From the human T2T-CHM13v2.0 reference genome, Homo sapiens: a stretch of 64,000 nucleotides of DNA. Shown one piece after another: positions 27,360-41,981 of the stretch (its first letter is position 1; every line of letters begins with the position of its first letter). The stretch lies in NCBI RefSeq assembly GCF_009914755.1, contig NC_060935.1. One strand, given 5' to 3'. The notes beneath the pieces are model-generated. The model ran no database searches, was not told the DNA's origin, and worked only from the letters and a program-made list of their open reading frames with translations. A program made the position numbers and the translations under genes.

Positions 27360-28088
27360 GTACCTAAGAAAACATTGTTCTAATGAACACATCATTGGGC
27401 AATAGGAGAACAAATTTCCTAGGAATATGATTTTATAAAATAAAATAAAGTTTACAGACAACGTAATTCTCTTTAGAACTATTAGAAGTGTTATCAAATA
27501 CATCTGTAACAGTATATCTTGTGTAATTCTGTTTTCTATTAATAATTATATCAAAGAAGCAACATATTTGGATAATCAACTTATATAAAAATAATAAAAG
27601 TAAATACAAGGCTTCAGGGTTATATAAACCTTCAGTAAATTATAAACATATTGAATATTAAAACATTAAAAACTAAATATTACTTTCAATAATTCATTCT
27701 TATTACACCAATTTCACTTGGATAATTATAGATGTAGAATTAATGGAATTTAAGAATCTGTTATGCAAGATTACTGCCTGTCCACTTACTGAAACTGAAA
27801 AGTTATGTGACTTAGGTCTCAGATTTCTCACATAAAGCATGGAAATAATAACATAATGACTTTATGAGGACTACATTGGATAATGCTTGTAAGATTCTCT
27901 GTTTCTTTAGTGCTGGGTTAAGTTTTAACAAATGTATATTTCCTGAAGAGCTTAGATTCAAGTTAGACATATTTTTAAAAATATATATCTAATTTTTGGT
28001 AGAGTTACATTATAGTTTATTACACATTTTATCAATTTCAAAAGGGGCAGGCAACATATCTAATACAATATTTAAAGTATAGTAATCT

Positions 28089-28517
<429 letters not shown>

Positions 28518-29395
28518 TTATCACATTAATAACTAGAGGAAAATATAGGAAAAGTACGTATTTTACCTCATAAATTTTGGTTGCTAGTTATTTGAAGTTG
28601 TTTAATGATTAATGTCCTGTTCTGTAATATAATAATCTCAACACAAGAATTGCTTTAATTGTCAGAAAATCTCATTTTAAAGGCACTTGATATTTAATAT
28701 TTATCAATCTCCCACTGTACACCTGGTTATGTCTTAGACACAGGGAGCACAGGTGAACAAAACAAGAGTAGTCTCTGTGTTCATGAGATTTAAACTATAT
28801 TAAAAGAATTTACACAATTAAATATAATATTAAAACTGTAATATAGGAACGTCTCTTGGTTATTCTGACGTTGAGACTAAAATATTTCCAGCCACTGTTT
28901 CATAGAGGACTTTGTAGTACTTGGGCTAGCTTAAGAAATAAAAATGATATAAGCCAGTAGTGTTACTTTCAAACACCAGTCTTAGACTGTTGATAATTTG
29001 GGAAATATATAGTTAGCTCATTTCTTATGTTATGACAACATTTGGGGAAAGATTTCCTGAAGTATGTGCAATATTTTGTTTTGTTTAGTTTAGCATATAC
29101 ATTGATGGCAAGTATTCTGCAAAGGACATAAGCTATATGTGGGGTGAAATCATAAAAGTACCTCTTTCCATCATCCTAATAAGTCTGTGAATTGCTTTCT
29201 ACTTGGCCATGTTTGCACTAGTCTCCAATTTTTACACTGTACCTCACCTAAACATATCACTAGGATTGTCTTAAATGATATATATTTTACTTTTTGCTGT
29301 ACCGAACTACTAATCACCATTTATACCAACTAATTACACCCCAAGGCACAAAGGGGAGTAAACTTAATTAGTCTGAAACCCCAACAGTGCAGACT

Positions 29396-29408
29396 TGCCA
29401 TCTAGTGA
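29396..29408 (-). promoter_or_regulatory. possible CTCF motif
   Basis: minus strand tcactagatggca vs core CCACYAGRKGGCA (one mismatch); motif only. Confidence 0.3.
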
Positions 29409-30034
29409 TGACAGAAGGTAACTATAGATTACAAAAACTGTCTACACATATTTATGGAACACTTACTTTGAAGCACTGGCAAAGATACAAAGATGAATAA
29501 GACACAGAATTTGACCCAAGGAGTTCAAAATACAGTGAGAGGGAGAAGACACAAGCAGTTACGTTTAAGGCAAAAACATTGTTAAATGGCAGAAAGAGAT
29601 ACATATTACATGCCAAGAGAAGGGCAGAAAGATGATGAATGAACTCTGATTGAATAGATCACGTAATTTCCTATAATACACATATGGTATTAATGACTAG
29701 GATACTGGGAAACAAGTTTACCAGGTACAAATCTATATATTGCAATTAAAAACTTGTGAATTTGGGGAAAGTTTGTGACAGAAACTGAGTGTAGAAAAAG
29801 TGGACCATGGAGGGAACACCATTAGAGAAGAAACCACATCATATTCCTCTCATTTCACTAGAATCTAGAATAGTCCCTGATTGATATCTACATTAATTTA
29901 GTTAATATTTGTTTGCATGTTAATTACTGCAAATGTGAGTAGGAAGCATGATTATAAAAAATCTTGAAATATATAGATAGGAATACTTAAAAACTGTTTG
30001 TATACAGTATTGAATATTAATATTTTTGAGACTC

Positions 30035-30490
30035 TATGACAGATACTTCTAACTGCATACCCAATACTTTTTATTTCCTTAATAACAGAATCTTATGTAT
30101 TTTCAGAGCAGCACATTTAAGGAAATAAACTTCTCCACTTTTTTTTTAATTCTAGGATAGTAAAATGACACAGTTCTGGCCAAGGAGATAAAAGCAGAAG
30201 TCACTGAGGGGTGTTTATAGGAGGCCCTTTAAAAGTCTCGGATGGGGATGTCTTTGAGCTCCCAAAACCAATTGCGAGCATGGAGAGTTGCATTGCTCTT
30301 TAAGAATGGTAGAGCAGAAAGCTGAAATGAGACCAGCTTCCTGATGACATTATGGAACCATCATAGCAGCCTTGGGCTGCCAGATTCCAAAATTCTTATT
30401 TAAGTGAGAAAAATATAACCTTAATTTTTCTAAAGCCATTTTCCCCAGGCTTCTATCATTGGCAGCCAAACAGAATTCTGAAATTATACA
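30035..30490 (+). mobile_element. ancient ERVL/MaLR solo LTR (LTR33/MLT1-like)
   Basis: cacagttctggccaaggagataaaagcagaagtc, ggtagagcagaaag, ttggcagccaaac...ataca end. Confidence 0.65.
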
Positions 30491-30859
30491 GACACTGACT
30501 AAAAAGTCAGAAACCACTGTAGGTAGCAAAGCATAGATTGAACTCTGAGGATGTTTAGAACAAGAAACTTGCTAATATCATATTGCCACTGAGACTATAT
30601 TTAATCACACTTTTACCACTGTTGGGACTGCTATTCTCCTCATCACTCTTCAAGTAAAACACTATGCAAAATCCATGTCAAGCACCATTGTTTCTATGAT
30701 GCCTTACCTAACATCCATTTAGAATTAATCCCTCTTTGTGCTTATCTTGCTCAGATTACTACTATAATACTTATAAAAGTATAGCAGGCAGTGTGTATTG
30801 CTTCTACAACCCTAGACTACCCTGGTTAATAGAACTTCATTTTTTTTTCCTAGAAAGAA

Positions 30860-31302
30860 AAGGTATGTCTGCCCTGGGAGCGTGGCATGGTTGATCTAAA
30901 CTAAAAAGAGCTATCTTGTCCTGTTTTGATGATATTTGTTTTCTCTGGCTTCTGTGCATAAGACCCAGTTCTCCCCAGTAAAACACCAGGAAGAGAAAGT
31001 TGGCTTGAGGGTTCCTAGACATGTTTTTTTTTTTTCTTTTCATTGATAAAAGAAGAGAGCCTTTGTAGAAAATGCACTTTGTTCTTTCACTGTCTTGCTT
31101 CGCTTTTAGATGAACTCCTGGTGCTTGAAGCTACATCATCTTGAGACCATGAGGCAATAAACCTAAGCATGAAATTAAGCATGTCACTGACGGGAAAATT
31201 CTGGGTCATGCTTGGTGAATCAAAGACTGAAACCATCTATCTCTGGATTTCAATCCTTGCATTAAAATATACCTCTTATTGACTAAAATTACTGACCAAT
31301 AC
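30860..31302 (+). mobile_element. ancient MLT1/LTR33-like solo LTR
   Basis: gacccagttct, catcttgagaccatgagg, tatctctggattt motifs. Confidence 0.5.
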
Positions 31303-31497
31303 AGAAAGAAAATATTTATGAAATTTTCTCAGTACAATATTTTCTTCCTATAATACATTATCTGATATTAACAGACACTATTTTACATACAAAGAAAGAG
31401 AAGCTAAGAACATCAAAGTAGCTTGTCTGAAGTTGCACAGCTATGAGGTAGATATTACTTGACTTAGGTATGACTAGTTTCTTCCATTTGATTGAAG

Positions 31498-31595
31498 ATG
31501 GCTGTGAATACTCTCTAGCCCCACTCATCAAATAAATGGATTACAATTTTTACCTTGATACTGTATAAATAAATGATCAGTGAATGTGAAGACAG
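31498..31595 (+). pseudogene. pseudo-exon (module copy 2)
   Basis: phase 2 in matches 27359; WL*ILSSPTHQINGLQFLP*YCINK*SVNVKT; three TGA; CAG|gtaact phase 1. Confidence 0.75.
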
Positions 31596-31682
31596 GTAAC
31601 TCCTTTAATCATGATTCTACAAGAAAGATTCAAGGCAACCATTTGTCAATTTAAACGGGTAAGTTTTACCTTTTGTTTTTAG

Positions 31683-31889
31683 AAACACAGTGAATTTGGT
31701 CAGGTGATAGACTTCTTTTAAGTGTTCTTAATTTGATATGCGACACTCTGCTTTTAGTTTCTCTTTTCACAACCGAAGTTGCCTTTTCAGAAGAAATTAC
31801 GGAAATAGGAGAGTGAAAATAGGATTTGCTGCTTTTGACAAATCACCTATTGACCTCGCAGGTTGTTCAACAGTTTTTATGGCTCTTGG
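31683..31889 (+). pseudogene. 207-nt symmetric pseudo-exon
   Basis: ccttttgtttttag after 87-nt intron; ETQ*IWSGDRLLLSVLNLICDTLLLVSLFTTEVAFSEEITEIGE*K*DLLLLTNHLLTSQVVQQFLWLL; TGG|gtaatt. Confidence 0.8.
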
Positions 31890-32431
31890 GTAATTGGAAA
31901 TTCATAAATAACTCAAAATTATTCATATTAAAATGTTTTCTGATTATTGATTAGGTCACATTCCTTTAATTTTACTGAGATATGACTTCTTAGAAGGAAA
32001 ATAAATTTACGTTGTTTTCTAGAGTACATTTTATTTTATTTATTTTAAACAAAACAAAACAAAAAGTTTTCTAAGGCCTTAACAAAGCTACTCCTTTTGG
32101 TTGAATTAGATACTAGTAAATAAGATTTGTTGTTCACTAGAATAATATTATTTGAGTATGTATGCTAGTTTTCTCCGATTATTTTAATAAGAAATATTTA
32201 ATATTTAACAATTTCTCAATTTTCTGTTTTTCAATTAATACTCAATGAAATTAGTTACCAATATTATCAGATCATTAGATTCTCCATTTTAACAAATTTT
32301 TAAATAATGTCATACTTTGTTTATATATTTCTTAGTATACTTCTTTACCTAAAGTTTATTTATTTCTAATTTGATGAATAAACTGAAACTTATTTTCCCT
32401 GTTATGTTATAAAGTTTGTCATAATATTTAG

Positions 32432-32600
32432 AGAATCATGGCAGTTTCAGATTTTAATAATCCATATAAGAATTACTAGACATGCTATACATTAAAACTG
32501 TGTACAGTTCATTAGCCGGTTTGAATGTCACATTTAACCTCAGCCTACCTTTGTTCCCATGCAGAGATTTTGAGTGTACCACTACTATTTGTGTAAGCAA
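32432..32600 (+). pseudogene. pseudo-exon
   Basis: phase 1 in; ENHGSFRF**SI*ELLDMLYIKTVYSSLAGLNVTFNLSLPLFPCRDFECTTTICVS; donor at 32601 gives phase 2 (alternative 32593). Confidence 0.65.
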
Positions 32601-32792
32601 GTAATTTATTGTTATCACATCTCTTATTTGGAGGTGAAAACAATGCAGTGTGGAACTAGTTGTAAGTGGTTTGTCTTGTTGCAAATTTATTGTATTTTTA
32701 GGTCATACATTAACATGACTTTAAAAAGCTCAGCTGACTTATCTGATTAATATGATTGATATAAAATTATGTCAAAAAAATGTGTTGCAATT

Positions 32793-33090
32793 GGGCAGGG
32801 CGCAGTGGCTCATGCCTGTAATCCCAGCAATTTGGGTGGCCAAGGCGGGTGGATCACGAGGTTAGGAGTTCAAGACCAGCCTGGCCAACATGGTGAAACC
32901 CTGTCTCTACTAAAAATACAAAAATTAACAGGGCATGGTGGCACCTGTCTGTAATCCTAGCTAATCAGGAAGCTGAGGCAGAATTGTCTGAACCCAGGAG
33001 GCAGAGGTTGTAGTGAGCCGAGATCGCGCCACTATACTCCAGCCTGGGCAAGAGAGCAACACTCCATCTCAAAAAAAAAAAAAAAAAAAA
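32793..33090 (+). mobile_element. AluS
   Basis: Alu consensus, poly(A), flanking gttgcaatt duplication. Confidence 0.96.
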
Positions 33091-33779
33091 GAGTTGCAAT
33101 TGAAAAATGGTCAGGTGAGAAGTATCTATATACTTACCTAAAGAGCAATACAATACTTTAAAAAACTCTATAATAGCTAGGTTAGAACAAACCAAAAATT
33201 AAAAATTTAGAATAAACTGTAATATTTATGAACATTCAATTAATTGGTGCTTCATTTTTAGAACTCCTTCATGTATCATATAGTTACGTAGTACAATTCT
33301 GCTCTGCAGAGTAACATACTTACTCTTAATGTGCTTAAATTCAGAGTAAAATTGTTTTGAGAAATGAAAATTCTAGTATAAATATTAACATATACAAATA
33401 TCTATAAGCTGTAAGTACATGCTATTTTCCCTGATAATTTTATAAATAAGAATGTAAAATAATACATGAAAATTGGATAATTGTCATTTTTTCAGACACT
33501 GATTATTTCATTATGCAGCACAAGTTGAGTATGATTATGTGTGTGCATGTGTGTGTGAAACATGCATATATTGTATGTTTGGTACACATGTTGTGTATTC
33601 ATATGTTTATAAGTTAACATAAGATGAGAAAGAGCTCTCGCTGTCTCTCTACATAGCGAGATGTTTGTGTGCATATGTGTGTGTATATATCTAAACAGAA
33701 ATATGCCATCTTTTTACCTTTGAAAAACTAATATGGGCAATACAACCTTGTCCAGTTAATTTCTTCAATTTTTTTTTAG

Positions 33780-34054
33780 TTGTTGGGTAACACTAGCAAA
33801 CATTCTTTAAATAATCTGGTTTATACCAGTGGTTTAATGAATGCATTTTTGGTACTAGAATGAAATTTATTGCAAATGAGCGTTTATCTACCAATCAGTA
33901 GTTAATGAGATTGTAAATCTGATAGTTGTTGTGATTGTTTCACATGTTGTTAAACCATTAATAAGGATTCATAAAACACAGTTGAAAGTTAAGTTTTGTT
34001 TATAGAGGCTATCATTCTGAAAACGATAAAAGAGTCATTCACTAAATTTACTAA
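33780..34054 (+). pseudogene. pseudo-exon (module copy 3)
   Basis: T-tract acceptor, TAA|gtaagc donor; phase 2 in, 1 out; CWVTLANIL*IIWFIPVV**MHFWY*NEIYCK*AFIYQSVVNEIVNLIVVVIVSHVVK. Confidence 0.7.
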
Positions 34055-34461
34055 GTAAGCAATATTTCAGACACAAATTAGGGGAGTCTAATTATTAGGT
34101 ACAACCAAGTAATATTATTATTTAGGAAGATCAAATTTGGCATGTCAGGCCTTTTGGTAGCATACTAATTGGCATAGTTACACTTGGTTACTAATTAATT
34201 GGTTTTACACTAGCCATCTGTAAATACAGTGTTTCCCAGAGGGGAGAGGAGAGGAAGGACACCAACTTTATTTTTAAATGAACATTTATTTTTGTGCTAA
34301 TGAGGGTGTTCAGGGGTACAAATGACAAGACCCAACTCAAAGGGTACATTAATTGCCTCACATAGTAATGCAGAGAGAGGACAGATTTGAGAGATGCTTG
34401 ACTTCTTTGCTCAATTATTTTATAGAATGCAGGGTTTTTGCATTTTCCCACTTTGTTTCAG

Positions 34462-34654
34462 TGCTTTCCATGGTTAATGTTGGTTTCCTTCTCAGGTCAA
34501 AATAAGAGATCGCATCTAGAAATGATAATCCTCCTCCAGTTGAGGCAGATTTTCTTAGTAGCTTCCTAGTATACCAACCTTCATATCACACTGACCAGCT
34601 ATCATTAGAAAGAAATAAGCAATTTCTAAGATTGACTTAGACCCGTCATCTGAG
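34462..34654 (+). pseudogene. pseudo-exon
   Basis: cccactttgtttcag / GAG|gtggga; phase 1 in, 2 out; LSMVNVGFLLRSK*EIASRNDNPPPVEADFLSSFLVYQPSY (cf. recalled IFASQLSLPQPLDPRSLQAFELF). Confidence 0.7.
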
Positions 34655-34869
34655 GTGGGATGATGGTTGAGAAGTCAACATTAATATTCAGCATAATCCA
34701 CCTTTAAATTTTGTATTATATTAGTACTATATGATGAATGTTTAATCTTTGGGCAGCCAGTTCTTTCATCTGGATATTTACAATTTTATTTCTGAATCAA
34801 CCTGAAAAATGACCGCCTGAACTATATTTGGTTCCCTACTAGAAGCACAGTGTAAAAATGAGTAATTAT

Positions 34870-35164
34870 GACTGGGCACGATGGCTCACGCCTGTAATCC
34901 TAGCACTTTGGGAGGCCAAAGCGGGTGGATCACAAGTTAGGAGATCGAGACTATCCTGGCTAACACAGTGAAATTCCATGTCTACTAAATATACAAAAAA
35001 TTAGCCGGGCATGGTGGCACGCACCTGTAGTCCCAGCTACTCTGGAGGCTGAGGCAGAAGAACCTCTTGAACCAGGAGGCGGAGGTTGCAGTGAGCCAAG
35101 ATTGCGCCATTGCACCCAGCCTGGGCCACAGAGCAAGACTCTGTCAAAAAAAAAAAAAAAAAAA
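34870..35164 (+). mobile_element. Alu (Sc/Y-like)
   Basis: Alu consensus with poly(A); gagta(a/g)ttatg flanks. Confidence 0.96.
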
Positions 35165-35541
35165 GAGTAGTTATGTTAAGACTCCAAAGGGTTTGAGCAT
35201 AGTGTAAAAATGGGTAATTTTCCTTAAGCCTCTCAGGAAAGGAGTTCCAGTACTAAGCCAAAACAAAAAAATTGTGTACTAAATGTATACTAGAGGGAGT
35301 AAAAGACAACCTGAATGACATAGAATAATGCATGCAAGGCATTTATAGACTTTCTTTGATTTTATATCCTCCATTAATTTTGAAAATCATCAACTTACAC
35401 TGTCATAACATATTAAAACTTGAACAATAGTTATACAGCTGACACAGTAATGTTTTGATATGCTTGTCATATTTACAGTGGTCACAATTTCAATTTTTCC
35501 TTTTTCTTTTTTTTTTTGGTTTTTGTTTTTTCATTTCACTG

Positions 35542-35801
35542 TGGTCATGGTGACCTGTAAGCCCCAGATCTGTTTGAAGAACATATTTCATTGAATTACA
35601 TTTTGATTTAATTTCATGTTTTCACTGAAAAAATCCACACGAAACAGCCTTAATGATTTTAAAATGTTGCATAATGTTATTGAAAACATTATCCACTACA
35701 TTTTTGTAAAGCGCAAGTGAATACTTACCTTTAGAGTTAATTGCTTGAAAAGCTTTGCTACTTCTGAGGCTGCTGTGTACTTTTTCTGTATTAATTAAGA
35801 A
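35542..35801 (+). pseudogene. pseudo-exon with apparently mutated acceptor and a frameshift
   Basis: long pyrimidine tract ends in cactg instead of cacag; GHGDL*APDLFEEHISLNYILI then SLKKSTRNSLNDFKMLHNVIENIIHYIF; GAA|gtatgt donor. Confidence 0.6.
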
Positions 35802-36112
35802 GTATGTGACAGGAATATGGTTCTTTTTGTTTTGGTTGTCTGAAGTTTTACAGCCAAATTTAAGAATGAACCATAATTTTTATAAATAAAATTAAAGCTT
35901 GTAAAACATTTTATGTTATTTTTATCTCAATCTTAACATTCGGATTTGGGTTCTCTGTGGTTCTGCTGTTTCTAAAAATATTTTGTTAGACTTGATAAAA
36001 TTCCTACAAACTGACTCATAATTTAGTGTTAAAAGGGAAGAGGTAGATAGACATAGATAAGCAGATATATTTTGCATTATGTAAATTATATAGTTAAATT
36101 GATTTTTCCTAG

Positions 36113-36220
36113 GCTGGTATGTAAAGAAGTAGGAATTATACAAATATTTGCTATTATTATCAGTGGCTAATTTGACCAACACTTATACTGAACTAGCCTA
36201 TGATTATTTTTATTTGTACT
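36113..36220 (+). pseudogene. pseudo-exon (may extend to ~36475)
   Basis: gatttttcctag acceptor; WYVKK*ELYKYLLLLSVANLTNTYTELAYDYFYLY. Confidence 0.55.
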
Positions 36221-36687
36221 GTAAATGCAACTACAGAATATATCATTTTATTAAAATTAAATTTTAGTTGCTATGATACTTGAGAGTTAATTACATTTGT
36301 GATATGCTCTATTGGGAATGCAAAATCTCATATGAGGCAAAACCAAAATTAGAATTTCTGTTACTCTCTTCATAGTGATCCATTATCTAACTAACACTAT
36401 CAAGGATGGGGTTTTGTGAGTGACAATGGGGTGTGAAAGAACTTATGAATTTATTCATTCTATAATTAATATAAGGTAAATGAACACATCTTTAATATAT
36501 CAAGATCTAATATGGCTTCAGTATAACTTTTAACTAAGTTTCATCATAATGTATCATAATCTATTTTGATATAACTATAATGAGATGAGGCTTGAATATC
36601 AACAGCTATATGTAATATTCACAACATAAAATTTAAAAAATTAGATCTGACCCCAAAGCCTATTTTTAAAAATTTATTCTTATAATG

Positions 36688-36992
36688 ATTTTTTTTTTTT
36701 TGAGATAGCATGTCAATCTGTTGCCCAGGCTGGAGTGCAGTGATGTGATCTGGGTTCACTGCCTCTTCCACCTCCTGTACTCAAAGGATTCCCCCCACTG
36801 CCTGCCAAGCCTCCCAAGTAGCTAGGACTACAAGCACACACCACCATGCCCGGCTATTTTTTAATATTTTTTGTAGCGACAGACTTCCACCATGTTGCCC
36901 AGGCTGGTTTCGAACTCCTGGGCTCAAGTGATCTGCCTGCCTTTGCCTTCCAAAGTGCTGGAATTACAGGAGTGAGTCACCACACCTGACCA
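36688..36992 (-). mobile_element. Alu (AluJ-like)
   Basis: antisense Alu with poly(T). Confidence 0.95.
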
Positions 36993-37029
36993 TATGAATG
37001 TATTTTTTTACAGGAAATGTACAAGTTGA

Positions 37030-37807
<778 letters not shown>

Positions 37808-38929
37808 GTAGGACTTAGTCTTTTGTTCTTTTTGGGTTAATTAAGGAGTGAAATAAAGACTGGGAGTAGCATCTCAGGCCTCATAAACAAAACATGGCCG
37901 TTGATACTAGAACACAGATACATGTACTTTGCCCTTATTTTAGAAAACTTTTTCTGTTTGAGAAAAATTACTCATGACTTAATAGTTACGGCAGGCTTCC
38001 AGAGTGATCCCTGAATATTCATATACTAGTAGTTGTAAATAATCTAGAGGTCCTGGGATTCCTGTGCTATTTTATAGTCATGACTTGGAGAGATGATATA
38101 AATAAGCATGTAGATATGCAATAAGCTATGTGTGTGTGTGTGTGTGTGTGTATTTAGTACAGATAATTTTCCACATATGCCCATAATACGTACATATGTG
38201 TGTATATGATTTTGTGAGATAACACTTTAAGAAATATGAAGAAGAAATGAAAGAGGAAAAGAAAGAAAGTAGGTTGATGAAACCTATGAGCCATTAGTAA
38301 GAAGAATAATGATCCTTACAAGTATTTGATCCACTGAGGAAAGAGAAGAAGCTGTTGGATTACCACTGTCTTTTGCATCGGCTCCTTAATAGAAGTGATG
38401 GCCCAAGACGAGACAGTAGTAAGGGGTAAAGAGAAAGAAAATTTCAAAAAGAGGAAGATAAAGGGTTTACATGCAAATGATTAAACTCATAGTTTTATAT
38501 AAATCACTTTAGTCGGTGAAAAACATTATCTCCCTAATGTTATACATAATCCTCACCTCAGAGATAACATAATGTATAAAACTAGGGATAAAATAACATG
38601 CAAAGACTGAAAGTTTATCTAGGTATAGAAATCATACAGATAACTGAGTAAACATCCTGTAAATATTTCAGTTAAATAATTACATAATTTTTCAATAAAG
38701 AAAAGCTGTATAATGTATAACGAAAATTAATAGTCAATGGGAATTTGGGGAAAGACAAAGATTACTTCTTGTTTTCCAGATGGTAATCACTAATATTATG
38801 TATCAGTTTTTTTGTGCTACATGTTATGAATATTTTATATTTTATTTATTTATTTTGCATGTTATTTAATTTATCAATATATTATAGGTTACTAATATTT
38901 TGTGTATATATGGCTTATGTTTATATAGC

Positions 38930-39275
38930 AGATAATATTTATGGAACCAAACACTGCTCTAAGTGTTTCAGTAACTCACTTCATTCTGTCAGCAATCCTA
39001 TGAGGTAGATTCAGATCAAGAAAATGAGGCTCAGAGAGCTTAAGTATCTTTCCCAAGGACGCACAGGTTAATATACACAAAGGTCGCAGTCAGATGTGTA
39101 CCAAGGAAGGTTGAAAACCAGCAGCAGGCTCTTATGACAGGTGGGTCTAATCTTGGCTTTGTAATTTGCAAGATGTCTAACCTAGGACAAATCACTTTAT
39201 CTCTAAGGGGCTTATTTTTCTAAGGTCTAAATAAGTAAATTGCATTAAATGATCTGTAAGATTGCTTCTAGTTCT
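38930..39275. mobile_element. MIR fragments
   Basis: aatcctatgaggtag...gaaaatgaggctcagagagcttaagtatctttcccaagg core. Confidence 0.7.
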
Positions 39276-39595
39276 GTTACGCCTATGTCTTGGAATCAAC
39301 GGATTCCCAATAGTAAAAAGGATATAATGAATATCTTAATTGAGATAGGGTGAGCCAGAGAGGGAAAAATAACATTTAAAACAGCATATGTTTCTAGGTT
39401 GCAAAGTAGAACAGAAGCATTTTTTTGTTTTCTATTACAAGTGATTTGTAAGTGATTAAGTAAGGCTGCGGAAATGCATATTCAATTTTATTTTACTTCT
39501 TAATCCAAAGCAGGCTGCAGGCTCCAGGCAGCTGCCACATTAGCATTTTGCAGGCACACATATAAGTTCAATTCCTTATAATCCTGTTTTCTCAG

Positions 39596-39820
39596 TGCTA
39601 AATAGTCAGTGATCATGAAGTCATGGTGTTACCACAAAGCTAAGAAAGTAATGTCATGTCAATTTACAACCTTTAGAAACACATTTCTAAATTAAATGGA
39701 AAGAATATGCTAATGCAATATTAAGGCTGCAACTTTAAAAATAGAAAGTCAAGACCTACAGAAGTTATGGTTTTCATTATCATCATTAACATGACTGCAT
39801 CACATACACTGAATATATTA
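39596..39820 (+). pseudogene. pseudo-exon, coiled-coil region (end uncertain)
   Basis: atcctgttttctcag acceptor; ESNVMSIYNL*KHISKLNGKNMLMQY (cf. recalled MIMEITTLRAQLTDLEEVNLNL). Confidence 0.55.
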
Positions 39821-40314
39821 GTTTTTTTTTCTTACCTAACTTGTAATCCAAAGTATTGCACGTATCTAACTTAATATTATTTGGGAGAATTCTTGCCTGC
39901 ATTTCATGAGTTTTGTACTTTATACTTGAATGCTTAACTTTATTTAAAAATGTATTTCATAGATACATATGCCATCAATTATTAATGTACTAATAAAAAA
40001 CAAGCAACATTATATACTACTAGACCACACACAAAATTTGCATAGAGAGTGATGTCAAAATTTGTATGTACACAAGGATGTTTTTCTCCAATACAAAAGT
40101 TTTAACTGCCTAATTTTGCTTCGCAGATTGCTTATATTCTTCTAAATCTTTTCTGTCTTTCGTACTGTCTCATCTGATCATTCAGTTCCTCCTCCTTATT
40201 CCTTGGTTACCCAGCCAATTCCTCATTGTCATGTAACACGTACTCCAGTTTTTTTGCTTTTTAACCACTGTTCCCCATAAAAATTTACCTGCTCTATGTC
40301 CTGTTTCCTTGTAG

Positions 40315-40484
40315 TTTGTTAGATGATGAATTTCTGAGTCAGCTGAAGTAGAAACAAGACAATCAAGTCACCTGAAGTGCTTCGAAAGAATTACTAATGC
40401 CTACTGAATCAGAACTTTTAAAAATGATTTTCAGAATATGCATTTAAGAAAAAAACTCTTCGTGTTATGCCAGTGTTTTCTCTT
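40315..40484 (+). pseudogene. pseudo-exon (frame and end uncertain)
   Basis: cctgtttccttgtag acceptor; SHLKCFERITNAY*IRTFKNDFQNMHLRKKLFVLCQ. Confidence 0.5.
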
Positions 40485-40594
40485 GTTAAGAACCATTTTG
40501 CTCAGTGTTTCCATGACACTTTTATTATTACTCTTTCTGTTATTATCATTAAAGTATTAATAATCAATAATTACAATATATTGGCACTTTTCAG

Positions 40595-40744
40595 TTACAG
40601 TAGCATTTTCAGAATACTTTGAGGATTTTAGTCCCAGAGAATGAATAATACGCGAATTTCATTCAGGAGCAACGGAAAGTTACTTCCGAGCACAGGGACT
40701 CAAATTGATGTTCATGTGGCCAAGTACTAATGAAATTCCTCAAA
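40595..40744 (+). pseudogene. 150-nt symmetric pseudo-exon
   Basis: cacttttcag / AAA|gtgagc; LQ*HFQNTLRILVPENE*YANFIQEQRKVTSEHRDSN* (cf. recalled VQQACFQAQLSRTEKESIQ). Confidence 0.7.
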
Positions 40745-41637
40745 GTGAGCAATTTCATTTTGAAGCCAGAAACATAACCATTATATAAATTCATGTCAGC
40801 AAATACAAAAGGACATTTAGAAACAGATCTTTACATGCTTTATATGCAGAAGGCAGATATAGTGAGAAGCAGCGTGTCAGAAACTTTGGATAACCGTTGC
40901 AGTTCTGCCTCTGTGGCATAGTGATATTGCTTGAATCATTTAAAATCACTAAGACCCAGTTTCTTTTTATACAAAATAAGATAATTACACTAATCTCTGA
41001 GTAACTGCAAAAATGACTGATGGATACTGTGTGAAAATGTTTGGTAAACATAAATGCAATTTATTTATAAGAATATCATTGGTATACATTTAAATGTAAA
41101 GAATTGCGTATCCAAGATTTCCATTTTGTTTAATAAGTTCGTTTAATTAAATTAATCTTTTCCTCTTCATCAAAAAAATGTATTGCACCTTTTGATGAGA
41201 AAATTGTGCCTAATATTTTTTATTGAGACATCTGTGGAATAATGAAATGAGCACCAAACTTGAGTCAGAAAATTTTCATTGATACATTAACATCTCTGAA
41301 GCTCAGTTTTTGTATCTTAAAAATGTTGCAATATTTTCTCACCTAAGTTAATTGCAAGATTTGAAATAGGTAAGTTTTGTGAAGTAACCAAGTAGAGAAT
41401 AAAATATTAATTAAATAAGCACAACAATGAGTCTATAGTTATGAACAGGCAAATATTCCGAATGAAAGAAGTTGACTTCTAGAAGGACACTTAACAGAGA
41501 AATCTGTCCTAGTTGGGGAATTAGAAGTGACACTTGAGCCAAGATCTGAAAAACTGTACACCAGTGAGAATTTGTTTCCATCATGAGCCAAGGAGATTTC
41601 CAAAATAGTAACTTATTTGAGATTTAAGTATAATTCT

Positions 41638-41981
41638 TGTATTAGTCTGTTTTCACACTGCTTATAAAGATATACCCGAGATTGGGAAATTTACAAAAGA
41701 AAGAGATTTATTGGACTTACAGTTCCACGTGGCAGAAGGCAAGGAGGCGCAAGTCACATCTTATGTGGATGGCAGCAGGCAAAGAGAGAGCTTATGCAGG
41801 GCAACTCCCATTTTTAAAACCATCAGATCTTGTGAGACCCACTCACTGTCATGAGAACAGCATGGGAAAGAGCCATCCCTATAATTTAATCGTCTCACAC
41901 CTGGGTTCCTCCCACAATATGTGGGAATTATGGGAGTCACAAGATGAGATTTGGGTGGGGACACACAGCCAAACCATATCA
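41638..41981 (-). mobile_element. THE1 (MaLR) solo LTR
   Basis: tgtattagtctgttttcac...gccaaaccatatca; 5-bp flanks attct/atttt. Confidence 0.93.

Noticed and set aside
26949-27503. 184-aa minus-strand ORF
   Set aside because: Non-ATG-supported, low-complexity composition, overlaps an L2-like stretch and is antisense to a + strand pseudo-exon.
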